This document shows, piece after piece, positions 57,042 through 64,000 of a stretch of DNA of 64,000 nt. Origin of the DNA: Desulfosoma sp. (GTDB taxonomy: Bacteria > Desulfobacterota > Syntrophobacteria > Syntrophobacterales > DSM-9756). A program made the translations under genes and the position numbers. Within the stretch, counting starts at the first letter, position 1. Each line of letters starts with the position of its first letter. Location of the stretch: assembly GCA_037481835.1 (NCBI GenBank), contig JBBFKW010000013.1, positions 1-64,000 on the forward strand, given 5' to 3'. The notes under the pieces were generated by a model, which worked only from the letters and a program-made list of their open reading frames with translations, had not been told where the DNA came from and ran no database searches.

Positions 57042-60000
57042 ATGAATTCGAGCGCAAGCGGTAACCCAATGGTCGGATCGGTCTTGGTCGTCGGCGGCGG
57101 CATTGCGGGCATGCAATCGGCCCTGGATTTGGCGGAAATGGGCTACTATGTCTACATGGTGGAAAAGGAACCCTCCATCGGCGGGGTGATGGCCCAGCTG
57201 GACAAGACTTTTCCCACCAATGACTGTGCCATGTGAATTATCTCGCCCAAACTGGTCGAGGTCGGCCGGCATCTGAACATCGAGCTTCTCACGTTGAGCG
57301 AAGTGGAAGAAGTCACGGGGGAACCCGGCGATTTTCGGGTGAAAGTCCGCCGAAAACCCCGGTTCATCGATTTGGACAAATGCACGGGCTGCGGGGAATG
57401 CGCCCGCGTGTGTCCCGTGGCCCTGAAAAACGAATACGATATGGGCTTGAGCGAGCGCCGGGCGGCCTACCGCCGGTACGCTCAGGCCGTTCCCGGGGCC
57501 TTTGCCATCGAAAAGCGAGGAACGTCCCCGTGCAAAGCCACCTGCCCCGCCCACATTTCCGTGCAGGGCTACGTGGCGCTGGCGGCTCAAGGGCGTTATC
57601 GCGAAGCCCTGGAACTCATCAAGAAGGACAATCCCCTTCCGGCCATCTGCGGCCGGGTGTGCCATCATCCCTGCGAGACGGCGTGCATGCGGGGAAAAGT
57701 CGATGAGCCGGTGGCCATCGATTTCATCAAACGCTACATCGCCGATTTGGACCTCAAGGCGGAAACCCGCTTCGTCCCGGAAATCAAGGAAAAGCGTGAC
57801 GAAAAAGTGGCCGTGATCGGTTCAGGCCCGGCGGGGCTGACTTGTGCCTACTATCTCGCCGTGGAAGGCTATAAGGTCACCGTTTTCGAAAAACTCCCCG
57901 TCCTCGGCGGCATGCTCACGGTGGGCATCCCGTCCTATCGCCTGCCGCGGGACATTATCGAAGCGGAAATCCAGGTCATCCGGGACCTGGGTGTGGAATT
58001 CAAAACCGGGGTGGAAATCGGCAAGGATTTCACCATCGGGCAGCTTCGCGAGCAGGGTTACAAGGCGTTCTTCATCGGGATCGGGGCCCACGAATGCAAG
58101 AAGTTGGGGATCGAAGGCGAGGATCTCCAGGGGGTTTATCCCGGCGTCCAGTACCTGCGTGAGGTGAACCTGGGGAACCGGATCTTCCTCGGCGACCGGG
58201 TCGCCGTCGTGGGCGGCGGCAACGTGGCCATGGACTGCGTGCGCACGGCCTTGAGGACCGGATCCAAGAAGCCTTTTATCGTCTATCGTCGAAGCCGTGC
58301 CGAAATGCCGGCCAACGAGGAAGAGATCGAAGAATGCCATGAGGAAGGCATCGAGATTCTCACCCTCACCAACCCCGTGCGGGTGATCGGCGAAAACGGC
58401 CGGGTCAAGGCCATCGAATGCGTCAAGATGGAACTGGGCGAACCGGACGCCAGCGGACGGCGTCGGCCTGTAGCCGTCAAGGGGTCCAACTTCATCATCG
58501 AAGTGGATGCGGTGATCGCCGCCATCGGCCAGGAAACGGATTGGGCGTGCCTCACCCCGGAATGTGCGTGTTCGCTGAGCGACTGGCGCACCCTCAAGGT
58601 GGATCCGCTCACCCTCCAATCGGACGATCCTGACATCTTCGCCGGAGGGGATGCGGTCACGGGGCCGGCGACCGTCATCGAAGCCATTGCGGCGGGAAAA
58701 GAGGCGGCGGAATCCATCCATCGGTATGTGCGCGGCGAAGACTTGCGCCAAGGGCGGGAAAAGCGCTGGGAAGCCGTCCGGGACGTCCCGACGGAAGGCT
58801 ACGACCGGATCCCGCGGGAACGCATGCCTCGCCTGAAGCCCGATGAGCGCCTCGGCAATTTTAACGAAGTGCAGTTGGGCTTCACGGAAGAACAGGTGCG
58901 GCGCGAAGCGCAGCGCTGCTTGGACTGCGGCGTGTGTTCCGAATGCTACCGCTGCGTGGATGCGTGCTTGGCCAACGCCGTGGTGCACGACGACACGGAG
59001 CGGATCGAAGAAATCCGCGTAGGTGCGGTGGTTCTCGCGCCCGGATTTGAACCGTTCGATCCCGCCGTCTACGACACCTACGGCTACAGGCGGCTTGCCA
59101 ACGTCATGACGGCCATGGAATTCGAACGGCTCCTTTCGGCCTCGGGGCCCACCATGGGTCATGTGGTGCGGCCGTCGGACCACAAGGAACCCAAGAAGAT
59201 CGCCTGGCTCCAGTGCGTGGGGTCTCGGGACATCCACCACTGCGACCATGCCTACTGTTCGGCCGTGTGCTGCATGTACGCCATCAAGGAAGCCGTGATC
59301 GCCAAGGAACATGCCGGAAAGGACCTGGAAACGGCCATCTTCTTCATGGACATGCGCACCCACGGCAAGGACTTCGAAAAATACTACAACCGGGCCAAGG
59401 ACGAGCACGGCGTGCGTTTCATCCGATCGCGCGTCCACAGCCTGGAAGAAGTCCCGGGCAGCGGCGGCGATGTGGAAGTCCATTATGTGACGGAAGACGG
59501 CCGCGTGGTTTCCGAAGTGTTCGACTTGGTTGTTTTGTCCGTGGGGCTTCAGACGCCCGACGAGGCGAAAAAACTGGCCGAACGGCTCCAGGTGAAACTG
59601 AACGACGATTTCTTCGCCGAACATTCCTCCTTCGAACCCGTGGCCAGTTCGCGGCCCGGCGTTTTCGTCTGCGGTGCGTTCCAGGGCCCGAAAGACATTC
59701 CCCAATCGGTCATGGAGGCGAGTGCCGCGGCGGCCGCTGCGGGACGGCTCCTGGGCGCCGTGCGGGGGACTCTGGTCAAGGAAAAGGAGATACCGGCTCA
59801 GCGCAATGTCTACGGGGAACCCCCGCGGATCGGCGTCTTCGTCTGCCATTGCGGCATCAACATCAGTGGTGTGGTGGATGTGAGGGCCGTGGCCGAGTAC
59901 GCCAAGACCTTGCCGTACGTGGAATACGTCACGGACAACCTCTACACGTGTTCGCAGGATACCCAGGAGGTCCTGAAGAAGGTCATCCGCGAACACAACC

Positions 60001-61475
60001 TGAACCGGATCGTGGTGGCGGCCTGCACGCCCAGGACCCATGAACCCCTGTTCCAGGAAACCATGGCCGATGCGGGGCTCAACAAGTATTTGTTCGAAAT
60101 GGCCAATATCCGCAACCAGGATTCCTGGGTGCACGGCATGGATCCCGCCATGGCCACGGAAAAGGCCAAAGACCTGGTGCGCATGGCCGTGGCCAAGGTG
60201 GCCTTGTTGGAACCGCTGCCGGAACCGGAGCTTTCCGTGACGCGCAAGGCTCTCGTGGTCGGCGGTGGGGTTTCGGGCATGACGGCGGCCTTGAGCCTGG
60301 CCGATCAGGGCTATCCCGTGGATCTGGTGGAAAGCGGTGCGGAACTGGGCGGCCAGGCCCTGAAGCTCAACACCACCTGGCGCGGGGAAGACATCCAGGC
60401 CTATGTGGCGGACTTACGCCGTCGGGTTTTGGAGCATCCGCGGATCGCGGTTCACCTGAACGCCCGGCTCGCCCAGGTGGAGGGCTTCGTTGGAAACTTC
60501 AAGTCCGTGATCCAAAACGGGGCCGACCCCGTCACGGTGGAACACGGCGTGGCCGTCATCGCCACGGGCGGTCGGGAATTCAAGCCCGACGAATACCTTT
60601 ACGGGCAGGACCCGAGGGTGCTGACCCACCTGGAACTGGACGAAAGACTGCGGGCCCGGGACCCTGCGATCCAACAGGCCGGATCCTTCGTCTTCATCCA
60701 ATGCGTGGGCAGCCGGGAACCGCAACGCCCCTACTGCAGCCGCGTGTGCTGTACCCACACGATCCACAGCGCCTTGGAAATCAAGAAGCGCAATCCCGAT
60801 GCGGACGTCTACGTCCTCTATCGGGACATCCGAAGCTATGGCGAACGGGAGCGGCTTTACCAGGAAGCGCGCCGCTCCGGCGTCCTGTTCATCCGATACT
60901 CCCTTGAAGACAAACCCAAGGTGGCCACAGCCGACGGCGCTCTAACCGTAACGGTCACCGACCACATTCTCCGACGGCCGCTGAATCTGCGCGCCGACTT
61001 CATCACCCTGGCCACGGCCATCCTGCCCAACGCCGACGAAGCCTTGGCCCAGCTGTTCAAGGTGCCCATGAACGAAGAAGGGTTCCTCATCGAAGCCCAC
61101 GCCAAGCTCAGGCCGGTGGATTTCGCCACGGACGGCGTCTTTCTGTGCGGCTTGGCCCATTACCCCAAGCCGTTGGATGAAAGCATCGCCCAGGCGCAGG
61201 CGGCGGCGGCCCGAGCGGCCACGATCCTGGCTCGGGACCGCATTCACTTTCCGGGGACGGTGGCGCGGACCAATCCGTTCCTGTGCAGTGCGTGCGGCAC
61301 GTGCGTGGCCATCTGCCCGTATTCGGCGCCTCGGTTTAACGAGCGCGGAGTGGCGGAAATCAACCCCGCCCTGTGCAAGGGGTGCGGCTTGTGCGTCGCC
61401 TCGTGCCGATCCGGCGCGATCCAGCTCCAAGGGTTCGACGATGCCCAAATCTTCACCATGATCGACAGCCTCTAA
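57042..61475 (+). CDS. hdrA: Selenocysteine-containing large heterodisulfide reductase-like flavoprotein (HdrL: HdrA with GltD/NfnB-like insert and second HdrA module), ~1477 aa
   Basis: ORFs 56889..57236 and 57294..61475 are in the same frame. [23 protein letters not shown] equals the conserved HdrA FPTxDCxxC-I-xSPK with Sec for Cys. Also [46 protein letters not shown] and C-terminal 2x[4Fe-4S]. Confidence 0.92.
57252..57269 (+). promoter_or_regulatory. Bacterial SECIS element
   Basis: Stem CTGGTCG/CGGCCGG (G-U pairs allowed) with apical loop AGGT, separated by 22 nt from the in-frame TGA at 57234-57236. Confidence 0.8.
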
Positions 61476-61499
61476 AGCGTGACGGTGGGAGCGAACACG

Positions 61500-61976
61500 A
61501 TGAATTCCTGGGAACCCAAAATCATAGCATTCCTGTGCAACTGGTGCTCCTACGGAGCCGCCGACCTTGCCGGCGTGAGCCGCCTGCAATATCCCGTGAA
61601 CATCCGAGTCATCCGGGTGCCGTGCAGCGGCCGCATCAACCCCAAGTTCATCCTGGCGGCTTTCCGCCATGGGGCGGACGGCGTGTGGGTGTCGGGATGC
61701 CACCCCGGCGATTGCCATTACATCGAAGGCAACTACTACGCCCGGCGCAAATTCGCCGTGGTCAAGAGCCTGCTGGAACACACGGGCCTGGAACCGGGCC
61801 GCCTCCATTTTTCGTGGATTTCTTCAGCGGAGGCGTCCAAGTTCGCCGAAACGGCGCGAGAGGTCGTGGAGGCCGTGCGGGCTGTGGGGCCGGCCAGGCA
61901 TTTCATCAAGACGAAACCGATGTGGGACGATATCGAGGCTCCTCTGAAGGCGGCCTGTCAAGCTGAGGTGGGTTAG
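61500..61976 (+). CDS. mvhD: MvhD/FlxD-like [2Fe-2S] subunit
   Basis: FLCNWCSYGAADLAG, RVPCSGR, GADGV, GCHPGDCHYIEGN, WISSAE. All-Cys version with no TGA. Confidence 0.93.
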   Translation: MNSWEPKIIAFLCNWCSYGAADLAGVSRLQYPVNIRVIRVPCSGRINPKFILAAFRHGADGVWVSGCHPGDCHYIEGNYYARRKFAVVKSLLEHTGLEPGRLHFSWISSAEASKFAETAREVVEAVRAVGPARHFIKTKPMWDDIEAPLKAACQAEVG

Positions 61977-62927
61977 ATGCACGCATACACGGAAAAAATT
62001 CGAGAGGCGGCCCAAAGACTTCTTGCGGACAAGAAGGTGGACGGGGTGATCGGGTTTCGGCAGGGGACCATCCCCATGATGAGCGAACCCGTCTTCATCC
62101 GCCATGCGGACCAGGTCCATCAATTGACGTGGAACGGTTTCTGCGGCGTCAACCTGGCCAATTATCTGGTCAAGCGCAAAGACCGGGTGGCCGTCGTCGC
62201 CAAGGGCTGCGACAGCCGAAACATCGTGCTCCAACTCCAGGAAAACCAGATCCGTCGCGATCAGCTTTACATTCTCGGGGCTCCCTGCCACGGGATGGTG
62301 GATCGCCGCAAAGTCTGGGCGTTCCTTAAAGGACGGGATCCCCTGCAGGCGACGGAAGACGGCGATTCGCTGCGGGTTTCGGGCCGGGACTTTGAAGAAG
62401 TCGTGGATCGGCAGGCGTTTTTGCAGGACAACTGCCGCATCTGCACGCACCGGAATCCTGTGATCTACGACGAGCTGTTGGGGGATCCGGTGCCGGAACA
62501 GGCGGGCGTGGACCGCTACGAAGACGTTCGCCGCGTGGAAGCCATGGGATCCGAAGAACGCTGGCGGTATTTCGAGGATCTCATCGCTTCGTGCATTCGC
62601 TGCTATGCATGCCGCAATGCCTGCCCCATGTGTTACTGCCCCACCTGTTTCGTGGACGAATCCCGGCCCCAGTGGGTGGGCAAGACCCTGGATCCGACGG
62701 ATACCCGCACGTTTCACCTCCTGCGGGCCATTCACATGGCCGGCCGGTGCACCGACTGCGGTGCCTGCGAACGGGCCTGTCCCATGGGCATCGCCGTGCG
62801 GCAGTTCACCAAGAAGCTCGAAAAGGACATCAAGGAACTCTACGGCTACGAAGCCGGCGTGGTCCCGGAAGGGCGGCCGCCTCTGGATACCTACAGGCCC
62901 GATGACCCTCAAGATTTCATCAAATAA
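61977..62927 (+). CDS. FlxC-like 4Fe-4S dicluster protein
   Basis: KGCDSR, CIRCYACRNACPMCYCPTC, HMAGRCTDCGACERACP. Follows hdrA-mvhD. Confidence 0.85.
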   Translation: MHAYTEKIREAAQRLLADKKVDGVIGFRQGTIPMMSEPVFIRHADQVHQLTWNGFCGVNLANYLVKRKDRVAVVAKGCDSRNIVLQLQENQIRRDQLYILGAPCHGMVDRRKVWAFLKGRDPLQATEDGDSLRVSGRDFEEVVDRQAFLQDNCRICTHRNPVIYDELLGDPVPEQAGVDRYEDVRRVEAMGSEERWRYFEDLIASCIRCYACRNACPMCYCPTCFVDESRPQWVGKTLDPTDTRTFHLLRAIHMAGRCTDCGACERACPMGIAVRQFTKKLEKDIKELYGYEAGVVPEGRPPLDTYRPDDPQDFIK

Positions 62928-62980
62928 GCCGACCACGGTGCGCGCATCAGCCGAGAACGAACGCGACAGAGGATGGACCC

Positions 62981-64000
62981 ATGCTGACAATCTTTGTGCC
63001 CAAGGACAAACTGCCCGGGTTGATCGGCCGGATCATGGACGGGGCTCGGGTCTTTGCGCCGGTCAGGGACGGCGACGGTTACCGGTTTCGGCTTCTGGAC
63101 CGGCCGGACAAGGCGGACTTCACGTACCAGAACACGCGCCTTTCCCCCAAGGAACTCATCCATCCGCCGGCGGAGACCATGTTTTCCTACAGCCTGAAAA
63201 AAGGGGATCCCAAGGAAGGGATCCTGGAAGAAGTCCCCAAGGCGTTGGGGAAACGGGTCGTGTGGGGGATCCGCCCCTGCGACGCCAAGGCCTTTCAGTT
63301 GGTGGACATCAACTTCATCACCGATCAGGTCGTAGACCCATGGTGGCAGAAGCGCCGCCAGGCCACCGTCCTGGTGGGCTTGGGGTGCGCTGAACCGTGC
63401 AACACCTGCTTTTGCACGTCGGTCGGGACGGGACCTTTCGACCGAAGCGCTCTTGATGTGCTCATGACCGAACTTGCCGAAGGCTACCTCCTGGAAGCCG
63501 TCACGGACGCGGGCGAGGCCCTGCTGGCCGGGGCGCCGGAAGGGGCCCCGGCGTCGGGATCGACCCTTTCGGAAGCCCGATCCGTCGCCGAAAAGGCCGA
63601 AAAGAGCCTCCCGCGCCTGTTCGTGCCCGAGCCCCTCAAGGAAAAGCCCATGACGGAACTGTTCCAGGCCGCCTTTTGGGAGGAAGTCCAATTCGCCTGC
63701 ATCAACTGCGGCACCTGCACCTTCTTGTGCCCCACCTGCTGGTGTTTCGACATCCAGGACGAAGTTCATCACCAGGAAGGGGTGCGGCTGCGCCTGTGGG
63801 ATTCGTGCATGTTTCCCCTGTTCACCCTGCACGGGTCCGGACACAACCCAAGAAGCCAGAAGCTCCAGCGGGTGCGCCAGCGCTTCATGCACAAGTTCAA
63901 ATACTACGTGGATAAATACGGAAACGGGCCGGCGTGTGTGGGCTGCGGGCGCTGTGTCCAATACTGCCCCGTAAACATCGACATTCGGCGTGTTGCGGGC
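62981..64000 (+). CDS. FlxB/AsrA-like 4Fe-4S protein (3' end beyond window; absent from ORF track)
   Basis: Translated by hand from ATG 62981 (RBS GAGGA): MLTIFVPKDKL..., GIRPCDAKA, CAEPCNTCFC, CINCGTCTFLCPTCWCFD, RQRFMHKF, CVGCGRCVQYCPVNIDI. Confidence 0.87.
   Translation, partial: MLTIFVPKDKLPGLIGRIMDGARVFAPVRDGDGYRFRLLDRPDKADFTYQNTRLSPKELIHPPAETMFSYSLKKGDPKEGILEEVPKALGKRVVWGIRPCDAKAFQLVDINFITDQVVDPWWQKRRQATVLVGLGCAEPCNTCFCTSVGTGPFDRSALDVLMTELAEGYLLEAVTDAGEALLAGAPEGAPASGSTLSEARSVAEKAEKSLPRLFVPEPLKEKPMTELFQAAFWEEVQFACINCGTCTFLCPTCWCFDIQDEVHHQEGVRLRLWDSCMFPLFTLHGSGHNPRSQKLQRVRQRFMHKFKYYVDKYGNGPACVGCGRCVQYCPVNIDIRRVAG

Noticed and set aside
56889..57294. hdrA as a nonsense pseudogene or two separate genes
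   Set aside because: The TGA aligns with a conserved Cys and is followed by a SECIS-like hairpin, so Sec read-through explains it better.

Overview
GC-rich bacterial chromosomal window. The gene set (HdrL/Flx-type electron-transfer genes with a UGA-selenocysteine codon, TupABC, 2-oxoacid:ferredoxin oxidoreductase) points to an anaerobic sulfate-reducing or syntrophic Desulfobacterota-type organism; this is inferred from gene content only. In order: the edge of a lower-GC polysaccharide locus (GH123/DUF4091-like secreted protein, fcl, gmd); an AapJQMP-type amino-acid ABC transporter; OFOR alpha plus a beta-gamma fusion; TolC/MacA/split MacB-type exporter; FGE-domain protein; M48 protease; class V PLP enzyme; a pyruvate/branched-chain 2-oxoacid dehydrogenase operon; tupABC with a ModE-type operator; yhaM-tmk-holB-ricT-metG; an uncharacterised operon (DUF4126-like membrane protein with a PH-like tail, two tandem dynamin-like GTPases, a PLDc_N-like microprotein, ppiD); glutamine amidotransferase; an internally deleted DsrE remnant; a trans-sulfuration lyase; tkt; a TonB receptor with a FecCD-type ABC system; a hybrid kinase; and Sec-containing hdrL followed by flxD/C/B-like genes (the last cut by the window end). 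Non-coding DNA holds three copies of a 101-bp MITE (16-bp TIRs, TA duplication), three copies of an ~87-bp triple-hairpin repeat around aapJ, and GTAG-type REPs. No CRISPR array, rRNA, tRNA or transposase was seen. Best candidates for new biology are the PH-like/dynamin-pair membrane operon and the HdrBC-less Sec-HdrL-Flx module. All family assignments come from motif recognition by eye, not database searches.
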